Positions 36,793 through 47,830 of a stretch of 64,000 nucleotides of DNA are shown in pieces. Position 1 is the stretch's first letter, and each line of letters starts with the position of its first letter. Under the pieces are notes generated by a model, which ran no database searches, was not told the DNA's origin, and was given only the letters and a program-made list of their open reading frames with translations. Made by a program: the position numbers and the translations under genes. This DNA comes from Candidatus Eiseniibacteriota bacterium (GTDB lineage Bacteria > Eisenbacteria > RBG-16-71-46 > CAVPCR01), in contig CAWGMA010000002.1 of the NCBI GenBank assembly GCA_963823555.1, positions 32,001 through 96,000 of the forward strand, in the 5' to 3' direction.

Positions 36793-39168
36793 CTATCCCC
36801 GCCCGTTCGTCGCGGCGTCGAGGCCGGCGCGGAGCCGCCCGAGACGCGTCTCTCTCTCGCGTACGAAACGTTCGATCCCCTTGAGGATCCACTCCGGCGA
36901 CAGCCGGGCCTCGGCGTAGACCTCGTCGACCGCGCCGCCGGTGCGCCAGCGGTTGTCGAAATCGGAGGTCATCGCGTACTCGGCGGCGAGCGGGTTCAAG
37001 AGCCAGTCGATCATGGTCCGCCGGGCGCGGTTCGAGATCACGGTCGAATCGACGCGATCGGCCGGGGTCAGGACCTTCTCGCGGTAGGCCTCCGGTTGCG
37101 CCGCGAACAGCTGCGGGCTGATGGCGGCGACGATCTTGACGTTCAACCCCGCCTTGTCGATCTCGGGCAGGACCTGGACGAGGTTCGCCGTGGGCATCGT
37201 GCCCTGCACGATGATCGTCCCCATGCGCGGTTTGCCCGGACGAAAGTCGCGGAGGATGTAGGCCCCCTTCGCCGCATCGAAGTGCGAGCCGAGACCGAGC
37301 GCTGCGCGATCGGGCACCGTGATCGCGGGCCGCGTCAGATGGAGCGCGACGATCGGCGGACCCAGCTTGAACGCGGCCCCGAGCACCACCGGCACCTCGT
37401 TCGGCTCCCAGGGATGGACGTCGATGACGTGGCCGTCGGGGAAGAGCTGGGTCACTCCGGGCGCGAAGATGCCGAAGTGCGTGCGCGAGTCCTCGGCCGT
37501 CTCCGGTCCCGAGTGGCCCACGACCCACAGGGCCTTCCCCAGCTTGAGCGGGCAATCCTGAGCGAGCTGCGAGAAGAGACGCATGAGTCCGTACTTGAGA
37601 TACGAGAACGAGCCGTAGGTCGAGCACCCGGCATAGAAGCCAAGGAAGTCCTTCTCCGGCTCCGGATGCATGTTGACCGTGGCCATGCCCACGGTGATCC
37701 CGGCGTTCGTGAACTCGGTGATCTGCTGCGGCAGGAGCACCCCGTCGGGGTTCTTGTCCCACAGGTACCAGCCGTGGCCGGGGAAGTCGCCGTGCTTCTT
37801 GGCGAAGCCCGAGATGTTGGTCGAATCGGCGAGATCGGCGGCCATCGCCATGAACAGCGGCCGGCCGTACTTCTCGGCGCAGTAGGCGTTCACCCACGCG
37901 CCCCAGCTCGCCAGCGAGGCGCGGTTGGGCTTCTTCTCTCCCGGCTTGAAATAGAGCTCGGCCGGGTAGTTCTCGTAGTCGTAGAGCGCCGGATCGTGGA
38001 TCGGGTTGCGCTTGGGATCGAGCTTGAAGCCGCGGACCTCGGCCGGCACCGAGTCGCCGATCTCGACCAGGCGGTCGGAGACGTATTCCAGGACCTTCCT
38101 GTTCTCGCGCAAGCACGCTCGAGGGCGATGTTGAAGTTGTTCGCCGCCTGCTGCATGAGCGCCGCCCTGTCGGCGGGGGCCGGCTGGCCGAAGCCGTCCC
38201 ACTTGACGCCGTACTTGTCGGCGAAGACGCGCTTGGTCTCCCAGAACTTCTCGGAGTTCATGGGATGCGGCGTGCCGTGGCTCTTGTTGTCGTAGACCCC
38301 GTACTCGCGCCCCTTCCGCGTCTTCATGAAGGTGACGCCGGGGCGGCCGGCCGGGTTGTCGCCGTGCACCATCTCGATCAGGGCGCGGGTGATGTCGGGC
38401 CAGTGGCTCCCGTTCTTCGCCTCGTGGACATGCCAGCCGTAGGGCGCGAACCAGTCGTGCGGCGTGCCGTGAACCACGGTCGAGATCGGATTGTCATCGA
38501 TACCGAAGTCGTTCCAGTCGAGGACGTAGGAGAGATTGTCGAGGCCGAGGCCGTAGGCCGAGTTCTTGGTCTCGTGAGCGGCGCCGGCGGTGTGCCCGCC
38601 CTCGCCCTCGAAGGCGAACACCCTGACCTCCCCGGCCCCGGCGCGCTTGAGCGCGAAGGCCTCGCCGGCGGCCGCGGGCGAGCCGTGCCCCGAGGGGCCG
38701 GTGTTGAACTTGATGAAGAGGATCTTCCCCTCCATCTCCACGTGTCCCGGGAGGCCGCCGTGGCGGCGGAACACCAGCAGATCCTCCCAGGTGAGCTGGC
38801 GCTCGGCGGCGTTCGGCACCTCGTAGCGGCGATCCCCCGTTTCCTTGAGGCGCACCCGGAGCGCTTCGTTGAATGTGGCGAGCGTGGCGTAGATGAGCGG
38901 CGCTGTGTGCCCGGCCACGAGCACGAAGCGATCGCCGAAGCGCTTCTCTGGATGGCGGATGTCCCAGCGCATGACGCCCGCCGAGGAGCGTGGCGACGAG
39001 GGCGTGCACCTTGGAGCGGCTGCCGCCCGGATGCCCCGACTGGCGGTAGTTGAGCATCAGGTCGATGAGCTGATCGATGACATCCTTGACGACCTCCCAC
39101 TCGGTGAAGTGAGCGGCCTGCTCATCGTAGAGGCGCACGGCAACCCTATTCTCTGTCTTCACTTCCAC
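36793..39168 (-). pseudogene. tkt: Divergent single-chain transketolase-family enzyme with two apparent frameshifts (~38978, ~38115)
   Basis: SGHPGGS, DRFVL.AGH, LPGH, NTGPSGHG, KTRKG, ADL.DST, EDSRTH spread over three consecutive frames; SD AGGAG before GTG 39168. Confidence 0.82.
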
Positions 39169-39361
39169 TTGAATGCTCCTTGGCCGCGGGGAAGGATCGA
39201 ATGACCGGAACCGGCCGGCGAGGGACCGGGACTCATGGCGGCTCACGCGGCGGTTGATTCTAGCCCACGGCGGCGGTGGCCGCCAGCCTGGGCATCGCGC
39301 CGGCGGGGAACCGGGATGCCGCCAAACGAGCCACGCGCCCACCTCTGCTACCATCTGGCCC

Positions 39362-41368
39362 GTGCTTTCCCTCACTCACATCGGCCTCTCCTTCGGCGCC
39401 CGCGCCCTCTTCCGCGACCTCGACTGGACGCTCGGGGACGGCGAGCGGGTGGCGCTCGTGGGTCCCAATGGCGCCGGCAAGACGACACTGCTCCGGATCG
39501 CGCTCGGCGAGACCGAGCCCGATGACGGGCAGGTCGCGCGCTCGCGCCATGTGCGCACCGGCTACCTGCCGCAGGAGGAGATCCCGCTCGAGGGCGCAAC
39601 CGCGCTCGACTGCGCCCTCGGCGCCTTCGAGGCCGCGCTCGATGCCGAGCGCGAGCAGACCGAGCTCAACGAGCTCATCGCGACCCTGCCCGAGGGGCAT
39701 CCCGATCTCCCGGCGCTCCTGCGCCGCCTCGGCGATCTGCAGCATCTCTTCGAGCAGTCGGATGGCTACCGCATGCGCGCCGAGGCCGAGCGCGTGCTCT
39801 CGGGGCTGGGCTTGAGCCCACGGCAGATCGCCGGACCGCTCTCGGCGCTCTCCGGCGGCTGGCGCATGCGTGTCGCGCTCGCGCGCCTCCTCCTCGCCCG
39901 CCCGACGCATCTCTTTCTCGACGAGCCGACCAATCACCTCGATCTGCCCTCGCTCGCCTGGCTCGAGGAGTATCTGGAGGAGTTCTCGGGCACCCTCGTC
40001 ATCATCTCGCACGATCGCATCTTCCTCGATCGCACCGTGAATCACGTCTACGAGCTCGTCTCCGGGCGGCTCGAGAGCTATGCCGGCAACTACTCCTTCT
40101 TCGCCGTCGAACGCGAGCGCCGGCGCGCTGCCCTCCTCGCCGCGCAGGAGAACCAGGCCAAGCGGATCGCCGAGCTCGAGCGCTTCGTCGAACGTTTCCG
40201 CGCCAAGAACTCGAAGGCGCGGCAGGTGAAGAGCAAGGAGAAGATGCTCGAGCGCATGGAGCGGATCGAGGTCCGCGGCGATGACAAGAAGATCCGCTTC
40301 ACCTTCGCTCCGGCGCCGCGCGCCGGCCGGGTCATGATCGAGCTCAAGGGGATCCACAAGACCTACGGCGGGCCGGAGCCGGTCTTCTCCGGGCTCGACT
40401 TCAAGATCGAGCGCGGCGAGAAGGTGGCGCTCGTCGGTCCCAACGGCGCCGGGAAGTCGACTCTCCTGCGCATCCTCGGTGGCGACGAGCCGATCCAGGC
40501 CGGGGCGCGCCTCGCCGACGAGCGCGCCCAGATCGCCATCTTCGCCCAGCACACGACCGACGGCCTCGATCTCGAGCACACCGTGATCGAGGAGGTCGCG
40601 GAAGCAGGACCCGCCGAGCCTCAGGAGCGGCTGCGCGGGTTCCTCGGCTCCTTCCTCTTCCGCGGCGACGATGTCTTCAAGCAGGTGCGCGTGCTCTCCG
40701 GCGGCGAGAAGGCGCGGCTCGCGATCGCCAAGACGTTGCTCAGGCCCGTCAACTTCCTCCTCCTCGATGAGCCGACCAACCACCTCGACATGGCGGGCAA
40801 GGAGGTGTTGCAGGATGCGCTCGAGCGTTACGACGGCACGCTCGTCGTCGTCACCCACGACCGTCATCTCATCGATGCCGTGGCCAACCGCGTGATCGAG
40901 GTCAGCATGGGCGGCGTGGTGCGTGACTTCCCCGGGAACTTCAGCGACTACGCCGAGCGGCTGTGGCGCGAAGGGCGCCCGCTCCCTGGTTACCGCGAGG
41001 ATCCGGCGCAGGTGCTGGCGAGACGCAAGGAGGATGCGGACCCGGCCGGCCGGCCGGGCGCTGCCAGGGGAGCGGCATCCAAGACCGCGGCCGCCAAACC
41101 GGCCAAGCCACCGCGACCGGGCGCCGAGAAACGCGAGCGCGAGCGGGTGGAGCGCGAACGGGCCCGCGAGGAGAGCCGGGTCATGAAAACGCTCGAGGCC
41201 CTGGAGGCGCGCCAGACCGAGATCGAGACCGAACTCGCCACCCCCGAGGTCTACGCGAACGGCGAGAAGTCGCGCGATCTCATGCGCGAGTACGAGCGCG
41301 TGCGAGCCGAGATCGCTTCCCTCTGGGACCGCTTGGGTACCCTGAGCGGCGCCGCCCCGGCCGACTGA
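39362..41368 (+). CDS. ABC-F family ATP-binding protein (Uup/YheS-like)
   Basis: Two NBDs (GPNGAGKT/S, LSGGW/LSGGE, LDEPTNHLD); no TM helices; C-terminal coiled coil. Confidence 0.95.
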   Translation: MLSLTHIGLSFGARALFRDLDWTLGDGERVALVGPNGAGKTTLLRIALGETEPDDGQVARSRHVRTGYLPQEEIPLEGATALDCALGAFEAALDAEREQTELNELIATLPEGHPDLPALLRRLGDLQHLFEQSDGYRMRAEAERVLSGLGLSPRQIAGPLSALSGGWRMRVALARLLLARPTHLFLDEPTNHLDLPSLAWLEEYLEEFSGTLVIISHDRIFLDRTVNHVYELVSGRLESYAGNYSFFAVERERRRAALLAAQENQAKRIAELERFVERFRAKNSKARQVKSKEKMLERMERIEVRGDDKKIRFTFAPAPRAGRVMIELKGIHKTYGGPEPVFSGLDFKIERGEKVALVGPNGAGKSTLLRILGGDEPIQAGARLADERAQIAIFAQHTTDGLDLEHTVIEEVAEAGPAEPQERLRGFLGSFLFRGDDVFKQVRVLSGGEKARLAIAKTLLRPVNFLLLDEPTNHLDMAGKEVLQDALERYDGTLVVVTHDRHLIDAVANRVIEVSMGGVVRDFPGNFSDYAERLWREGRPLPGYREDPAQVLARRKEDADPAGRPGAARGAASKTAAAKPAKPPRPGAEKRERERVERERAREESRVMKTLEALEARQTEIETELATPEVYANGEKSRDLMREYERVRAEIASLWDRLGTLSGAAPAD

Positions 41369-41577
41369 TGGCGAGCGCCCCGCAGGTGGCGGTCTGCCTG
41401 CCCGGAGCCAACTTCGGCTTCTTCGCCATGATGTGAGCGAGCGGATTTTCCCTGGCCGACCAGGACGCGGCATGCTGTGATCGGCGCCCATTTTGCCGTC
41501 GTTCATCGCGCCCGCTCGTTCCCGCGAGCGGGCGCCGGCATTTCTGCTGGTTGCACACCTGGTGTTAGACTCGCGTC

Positions 41578-43098
41578 ATGCGGTCATTGATGATCCCACT
41601 TCTCATCGCGTGTGCCGGCGCATGGGCCTTGAGCTGCGGTTCCCGCAGCGAGACCGACAGGACCGGAGCGCCGGCGGCGATCGATTCTGCCGAGACTCCT
41701 CAGCCATCCATCGACCCCGAGGTGGCGAGCTGGTTCGGACTCGATGAGCAGCACCTCGGCGACCTCGATGCCATGCGCGAGCGGCGCCTCATTCGCGCCC
41801 TGGTCACCTACAACCACACCCATTACTTCTTCGATGGGATGACCCAGCGCGGCCTGAGCTACGAGGCGCTGAGAATCCTCGAGGAGCACCTGAACCGGAA
41901 GTTCAAGACCGGCCGGCTCAAGATCCACGTCGTCTTGATCCCGGTCACGCGTGACGAGCTCATCCCCCGCCTGGTCGAGGGCTACGGCGATATCGCCTTG
42001 GGCGGGCTCACCGTCACTCCGGAGCGTGAGGCCCTGGTGGACTTCGTGCCCTCGGGAGCCGTCGTGCGCGAGGTCGTGGTCACCGGTCCGGCCGATTCGA
42101 CCGCGCTCACGTCCCAGGAGGATCTCGCCGGCCGCGAGGTCTGGGTCCGGCTATCGAGCAGCTACCGGGAGAGCCTGGAGGCGTTGAACGCGCGGCTCGC
42201 CGCCGCCGGCAAGCCCCCGGTGCGCATCCACGCCGCGGATGAGGTGCTCGAGGCCGAAGATCTGCTCGAGATGGTGAACGCGGGCCTCATCGAGGCGACG
42301 GTGGTGGATGACTACCTGGCCGAGTTCTGGGCGCAGATCTTCCCGCAGATCCGCATCCATGACGGCTTCGCCCTGCGCGAGGAGGGGCGGCTGGGCTGGG
42401 CCGTGCGGCGCGAATGCCCCCAGCTCAAGGCTCTCATCGAGGAGACTCTGACCCAGAATCAGGTCGGGACCAAGACGGCGAACATCCTCATCCAGCGCTA
42501 TCTCAAGGACACGAAATGGGCGCGCGCCGCCTACAGTAACGAGGATCTCGAGCGCTTCCGGCAGATGATCGAGATCTTCCGTCGCTACGCCGGCCGTTAC
42601 TCGTTCGACTGGCTCCTGTGCGCCGCCCAGGGTTACCAGGAGTCGCAGCTCAATCAGGCCCGACGCAGCAAGGCCGGCGCGATCGGTGTCATGCAGATCC
42701 TGCCCTCGACCGCCCGCTCGAGGGAGGTCGGCATCCCGGATATCGAGAACCTCGAACCCAACATCCATGCCGGGATCAAATACATGCGCGTGCTGGCGGA
42801 CACCTACTTTCCGGACCTCGCCTCGGATCCGCGACAGCAGATGCTCTTCACCCTGGCGGCCTACAACGCCGGCCCCAACCGGATCGCCCGGCTGCGCCGG
42901 GAGGCGGCGGCGGCCGGTCTCGATCCCGATCGCTGGTTCCGCAACGTGGAGATCGTCGTGGCGCGGCGGGTCGGCAGCGAACCCGTGCGCTACGTGAGCA
43001 ACATCTACAAGTACCACCTGGCCTACAAGGTCGTCGCCGATCGGCTGGAACGCGAAGGCCCGGCGGGAGCAGCGGTCAGGAGCGCACCCGGGCGCTGA
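41578..43098 (+). CDS. MltF-like lytic transglycosylase (substrate-binding domain + SLT domain), lipoprotein
   Basis: Lipobox LSC; YQESQL, GAIGVMQ, AAYNAG. Confidence 0.9.
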   Translation: MRSLMIPLLIACAGAWALSCGSRSETDRTGAPAAIDSAETPQPSIDPEVASWFGLDEQHLGDLDAMRERRLIRALVTYNHTHYFFDGMTQRGLSYEALRILEEHLNRKFKTGRLKIHVVLIPVTRDELIPRLVEGYGDIALGGLTVTPEREALVDFVPSGAVVREVVVTGPADSTALTSQEDLAGREVWVRLSSSYRESLEALNARLAAAGKPPVRIHAADEVLEAEDLLEMVNAGLIEATVVDDYLAEFWAQIFPQIRIHDGFALREEGRLGWAVRRECPQLKALIEETLTQNQVGTKTANILIQRYLKDTKWARAAYSNEDLERFRQMIEIFRRYAGRYSFDWLLCAAQGYQESQLNQARRSKAGAIGVMQILPSTARSREVGIPDIENLEPNIHAGIKYMRVLADTYFPDLASDPRQQMLFTLAAYNAGPNRIARLRREAAAAGLDPDRWFRNVEIVVARRVGSEPVRYVSNIYKYHLAYKVVADRLEREGPAGAAVRSAPGR

Positions 43099-43205
43099 GC
43101 CCCTGGCGAGGTCCGCTCCAGCGCCTGAAGGTCGCCTCGCGCTCGGCGACCGCTTCCCCGTTGATGCTTCGGAGCTCTGACTTCCATCGAGGAGGACGGT
43201 CGCCG

Positions 43206-46052
43206 CTACCGCGCGGCGACGAGCGTCCCCTCTTCATTGAGAATGACGACCTCACCGAGTCCGAGCGCGCGCAGACCGGGCTCGATCTTGGCGCGATCGC
43301 CGAGCAGGAGGTAGGTCGCCTGGGCCGGCACGGCGTACTTGCGGGCCGCCGCGTTCACCGCCTCGAGCGATGTCTCCGCGACCGCCGCCGGTTCGTGCTG
43401 GATCTCGCTCATGGGTAGCCCCGCCGCCCACAGGCCGGCAATCTGTCCCGCGACCCGCCCGTAGGTCTCGAACTGCTGGGCATAGCCGCGGATCCAGACC
43501 ACGCGTGACTTCTCCAGCTCCTCCGCCGTGATCGGCCGCCGGCCGGCGAGTCCCTCGAGCTCCTTGGCGAACTCGATCATCGATTCCTTGGTCTTGTCGG
43601 ACTGGACACCGCCTCCGGAGCGCCAGATACCGGACTCGCTGAACAGGACGGCCACCGAGAAGGCGCCGTAGGTGTAGCCCTTGTCCTCACGCAGGTTCAG
43701 GTTCAGGCGGGTGCCGAAGCCGCCGCCGCCCCAGACCGCGTCGGCGAGGCGGAGCGCATAGTAGTCCTCGGTCTTGCGCTTGGGCGCGGGCAGGAACTGC
43801 GAGATCACGGTCTGGGGCGCCCCCGGGCGATCGACGAGATAGATCTTGCCCGGTCCCGCCGGGTTCGGTGCCGGGATCGGGATCTCGGGCGCGCTGCCCC
43901 CGCTCCAGCCGCCGAGCTCCTTCGCGGCCAGCTCCTTGGCTTCATCGAGGTTCACGTCGCCGACGAGGATGAGCACCGAGCTGCCCGGCTTCCAGTACGT
44001 GTCATGGAACGCCGCGAGATCCTCCCGCGAGATGGCCTCCACCGTCGGCGGCAAGCCCTGCATCGGCCGGCCATAGGGGTGCTCGGCGCCGAAAGCGAGG
44101 ATCCCCCTCAAGCGCGAGGAGAGCCGGTAGGGATCCTTCTCTTCCTGCGCCAGGGCATCGAGGAGCAGGTTCTTCTCGCGAGCGACCTCCTCCTCCGGGA
44201 ACGTGGGGTTCTTGACGACGTCGGCCATGATGGCGAGTGCCGGACCCAGGTTCCGCTTGAGCACGTCGAGATCGAGAGTGGCCAGCTCGCGCTGGGCCGA
44301 ACCCGAGATCGCCGTTCCGAGCGTGCCCAGGTCCTCCTCGATGGCGAGCGATTTCCGCGTCTTGGTCCCGTACTGCATCGTCCCCGCGACGAGGTGAGCG
44401 ACGCCTTCCTTGCCGGCCGGGTCGGCCACGGCGCCGGCGCGTGTGGCCAGCGTCACCGCCACCTTGGGGAGCTCGGAACGCTCGACCACATAGAGCTCGA
44501 GGCCGTTGTCGAGGGTTGCCGACTTCACCTCCGGGGCATTGAACGGCCGGTCGGTCCCCAGGGGCGGTGCCGCCTTGCGATCGAGGGTTCCCGCCACCTC
44601 CGGGGAAGCCGTCTCGGGCCGGAAATGAAGGAGCAGGCGGTTGCGGTTGTCGAGCCAGCGGGACACTGCATCGCGCACGCCGGTGGTCGTGACGGCGCGA
44701 TAGCGGGCGATCTCTTCATCGAACATGCCGGGATCGCCCGAGTACGTGTTGTACATATTGAGAAGATCAGCCTTCCCGCCGAAGCCTCCGATCGACTCGA
44801 GGCCGTTCACGAAGGCGTACTCGCGCTTGGCCATGGCGCGATCGACTTCCTCCTGCGTGGGCGGCGACTTGGCCAGACGCGCGATCTCGGCCGTGATGAT
44901 GTCCTCGATCTCGGAGAGCGACTGCTCGGGGCGCGCTGTGGCGCTGACGACGAACATGCCCGAGATCTCGAGCGTTACATTGAAGACCGTGACATCGCTG
45001 CACAGCTGCTTGTCGTAGACCAGGACCTTGTTGAGGCGCGAGGAGAGTCCATCCCCCATGATGGCGCTGGCGATGTCGAGCGCGAACTGGTCCTGGCCAA
45101 AGTACTGGGGCGCAGGCCACACCATGTAGGTCCGCTCCTGCGGCACCCGGTCCTTCACTTCGACGACGCGCTCGCCATCGAGGCGTGGAATCCACAGCTG
45201 CGGGCGGTCGAGCGCGGGGCCCGGAGGGATCGGACCGAAGTACTTCTCGACCAGCCGCTTGGCCTCCACTGGATCGAAATCGCCGGCGATGACGAGCGAC
45301 AGGTTGTTGGGCGTGTAGTGGGTGCGGAAGAACTCCTTCACGTCATCGAGGGTGGCCGCCTCCAGATCCTCGTGGCTTCCGATGGGAGCGTGGTCGTAGG
45401 GATGGCCGGACGGATGCAGGCTCTCGAGCATCAGGGTCCAGAAGCGACCGTAGGGCTGATTCTCGAGCCCTTCGCGTCGCTCGTTGCGCACCACTTCCCG
45501 CTGGTTGTCGAGCTTGGCCTGGGTCGTGGCGTCCGCCAGTGTGGCGAGGCGGTCCGATTCCAGCCACAACAGCCTCTCCAGATTGCCGGAGGGGACCGTG
45601 GCGAAGTAGTTGGTGCGGTCGTTGCTCGTCGTACCGTTGACTCCGCCCTCGCGCAGGTTCGCCCCCAGCTCCTCGGCGACTGCGAAGTACTCGCCCGGGA
45701 CGTTCGCCGATCCCTGGAACATCAGATGCTCGAAGAGATGAGCGAAGCCGGTGCGTCCCCGCCGTTCGTTCTTCGACCCGACGTGATACCACTGGTTGAC
45801 ATGGACCATCGGCAGCTTCTTGTCCTGGTGCAGGATCAGCTGGAGGCCGTTGGGGAGCGTGATCTTCTCGAATTCGATGTGCGGGTCGCCTGGTTTGCTG
45901 GCTGCCATGGTCCTCTCGGTTTGCGGGGTCGCGCTTTCCGCCTCGGGCGCCGCTTCCTTCTTGCTGGCTTCGCCGCAGCCGGCGGCGATCAAGAGGGCTA
46001 GGCAAGCGGGCAGGGCGGCGTGGCGGCGGTTCGAGCGCAGTCTCGGGTTCAT
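43206..46052 (-). CDS. M16 (pitrilysin/insulinase) zinc peptidase, lipoprotein
   Basis: GFAHLFEHLMF (HXXEH), VRNERR, RLNLNLREDKGYTYG; lipobox AAGC. Confidence 0.95.
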   Translation of the reverse strand: MNPRLRSNRRHAALPACLALLIAAGCGEASKKEAAPEAESATPQTERTMAASKPGDPHIEFEKITLPNGLQLILHQDKKLPMVHVNQWYHVGSKNERRGRTGFAHLFEHLMFQGSANVPGEYFAVAEELGANLREGGVNGTTSNDRTNYFATVPSGNLERLLWLESDRLATLADATTQAKLDNQREVVRNERREGLENQPYGRFWTLMLESLHPSGHPYDHAPIGSHEDLEAATLDDVKEFFRTHYTPNNLSLVIAGDFDPVEAKRLVEKYFGPIPPGPALDRPQLWIPRLDGERVVEVKDRVPQERTYMVWPAPQYFGQDQFALDIASAIMGDGLSSRLNKVLVYDKQLCSDVTVFNVTLEISGMFVVSATARPEQSLSEIEDIITAEIARLAKSPPTQEEVDRAMAKREYAFVNGLESIGGFGGKADLLNMYNTYSGDPGMFDEEIARYRAVTTTGVRDAVSRWLDNRNRLLLHFRPETASPEVAGTLDRKAAPPLGTDRPFNAPEVKSATLDNGLELYVVERSELPKVAVTLATRAGAVADPAGKEGVAHLVAGTMQYGTKTRKSLAIEEDLGTLGTAISGSAQRELATLDLDVLKRNLGPALAIMADVVKNPTFPEEEVAREKNLLLDALAQEEKDPYRLSSRLRGILAFGAEHPYGRPMQGLPPTVEAISREDLAAFHDTYWKPGSSVLILVGDVNLDEAKELAAKELGGWSGGSAPEIPIPAPNPAGPGKIYLVDRPGAPQTVISQFLPAPKRKTEDYYALRLADAVWGGGGFGTRLNLNLREDKGYTYGAFSVAVLFSESGIWRSGGGVQSDKTKESMIEFAKELEGLAGRRPITAEELEKSRVVWIRGYAQQFETYGRVAGQIAGLWAAGLPMSEIQHEPAAVAETSLEAVNAAARKYAVPAQATYLLLGDRAKIEPGLRALGLGEVVILNEEGTLVAAR

Positions 46053-46384
46053 GATCTTCCTTGAGTTCCCAGCGCCAGGGGCAGTGGGTGGGAGTTGGAG
46101 CGCGAGCAGCGATTTCAGAGAGCCTGCGCGCCGGCAACGGATGGGGGGACGCGGGCTGGATCGTGCCGCCTCGCTCGCGGTCTGTCAACGCTCCGGGCTC
46201 GGGGCTGCCGCCACCCGGTCCGGGCGGGGTGGGCACCCCGGGGTATCCGGGTGCAAGGACGCAGCACGGGAGGGTGAGGTTTCCCGGTGCCCAGAACGGC
46301 GACACTTGGCGCGGGTGAGGAGCCCCAGGCGGGCTGTGTGATGTTCGCCCGCGTCTCGATCGCGGGCGCGCCGTGGTGCCTTTC

Positions 46385-46414
46385 TTGACCCGCAACTCCG
46401 CTTCTTGCTATGCT
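46385..46414 (+). promoter_or_regulatory. Sigma70-type promoter TTGACC-18-TATGCT with extended TG
   Basis: Near-consensus hexamers about 240 nt upstream of the UDP-GlcA decarboxylase ATG. Confidence 0.6.
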
Positions 46415-46586
46415 GTTACGTGATACGCGCGAGTTGCCGCGGTTTCCTTGCTGCGGTCGCTCCCCGATCCGGGAGCGTGAGATCTCCTCGGCAGTCCTGT
46501 GCCCCGGCCGGATCCAACGGGCGGCACCCGCAGCCGCCCCGGCTGCCCGCGAGGGCGAGTTCGAGTCGACGTTTCCATTGAGCATT

Positions 46587-46612
46587 CTCGATCCCCGGAT
46601 CCGGGGATCGAG
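46587..46612. repeat. Perfect 26-bp palindrome CTCGATCCCCGGATCCGGGGATCGAG
   Basis: Exact reverse-complement symmetry, in the predicted 5' UTR. Confidence 0.9.
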
Positions 46613-46654
46613 CCCAGCCCGGGTCTCGGCCCGGGTCCTTTCGGAGGCTCTGTC

Positions 46655-47752
46655 ATGCGGATCTTGGTGACTGGCGGTGCCGGGTTCATCGGTTCCCATC
46701 TCTGCGAGCGGCTGGTCGGCGCCGGCTACGAGGTCATCTGTCTCGACAACTACTTCACCGGCAGCAAGCACAACGTCCAGAAGCTGCTCGACAATCCCCA
46801 CTTCGAGCTGATCCGTCATGATGTGATCAACTACCTCGATATCGAGTGCGACCAGATCTACAACCTGGCGTGCCCGGCCTCTCCGATCCATTACCAGCAC
46901 GACCCGGTTCGCACCATTCACGCCAACGTCCTCGGCGTGACCAACATGCTCGAGCTCGCCAAGCGCACGCGGGCCCGCATCCTCCAGGCTTCGACATCGG
47001 AAATCTACGGCGATCCCCACGTACACCCGCAGCCGGAGACCTACTGGGGCCATGTCAATCCGATCGGCCCGCGCTCCTGCTATGACGAAGGCAAGCGTGT
47101 GGCCGAGACGCTGATGATGGACTACCACCGGCAGCACGGGGTCGACATCCGCATCGCCCGCATCTTCAACACCTATGGTCCGCGGATGGCGATTCACGAC
47201 GGCCGGGTGGTGAGTTCGTTCATCGTCCAGGCCCTGCAGGGCAAGCCGATCACGGTCTTCGGGGAGGGGAATCAGACCCGCTCCTTCTGCTACGTCTCCG
47301 ACATGATCGACGGGCTCATCGCCCTCATGAACACCGAGGGTGTGCAGCAGCCGGTGAACCTCGGCAATCCCGAGGAGTTCACCATCCTCGATCTGGCCCG
47401 GGCCGTGCTCGATCTGACCGGATCGACATCCACCATCGAACGGCACCCGCTGCCGCAGGACGATCCGGTGCAGCGCCAGCCGGACATCTCCCTTGCACGG
47501 CAGGCCCTCGGCTGGTGGCCTCGGGTGCCGCTCAAGGAGGGGCTCCTGCCGACGGTCAGCTTCTTCGAGCAGCTCGTCCACAAGATCCGGACGACGGGCA
47601 CCGGGAAGAGCGCCCTGCACGCGCGAATGAGCCGGACAGCCCCCGAGCGGCTCAAGGCGCTCGATGTGGAGAGCAAGGCCCCCGGCGGCGATGGCGGGCA
47701 GCCGGAGGAGCGAAAGGTCGGCGCCGAACGCCGCACCACCACCCGCCAGTGA
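46655..47752 (+). CDS. UDP-glucuronic acid decarboxylase (UDP-xylose synthase) family
   Basis: [48 protein letters not shown]; polar C-terminal extension. Confidence 0.93.
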   Translation: MRILVTGGAGFIGSHLCERLVGAGYEVICLDNYFTGSKHNVQKLLDNPHFELIRHDVINYLDIECDQIYNLACPASPIHYQHDPVRTIHANVLGVTNMLELAKRTRARILQASTSEIYGDPHVHPQPETYWGHVNPIGPRSCYDEGKRVAETLMMDYHRQHGVDIRIARIFNTYGPRMAIHDGRVVSSFIVQALQGKPITVFGEGNQTRSFCYVSDMIDGLIALMNTEGVQQPVNLGNPEEFTILDLARAVLDLTGSTSTIERHPLPQDDPVQRQPDISLARQALGWWPRVPLKEGLLPTVSFFEQLVHKIRTTGTGKSALHARMSRTAPERLKALDVESKAPGGDGGQPEERKVGAERRTTTRQ

Positions 47753-47830
47753 TACCATTCAGTTCCGCTACGGCCTGGGTACCGCCCATGGATGTCGGCC
47801 CAGGCGGCGGACGCGTTTCAAGGAGGAAAC

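Noticed and set aside
38100..38985. Programmed ribosomal frameshifting in transketolase
   Set aside because: No slippery sequence or stimulatory structure seen; two independent shifts favour indel errors.
30993..46001. Very long antisense or alternative-frame ORFs (e.g. the upstream part of 30993-33638, 39260-41506, 44004-46001, 36625-38295)
   Set aside because: They are shadows of real genes on the opposite strand, expected at high GC, and have no recognisable motifs.
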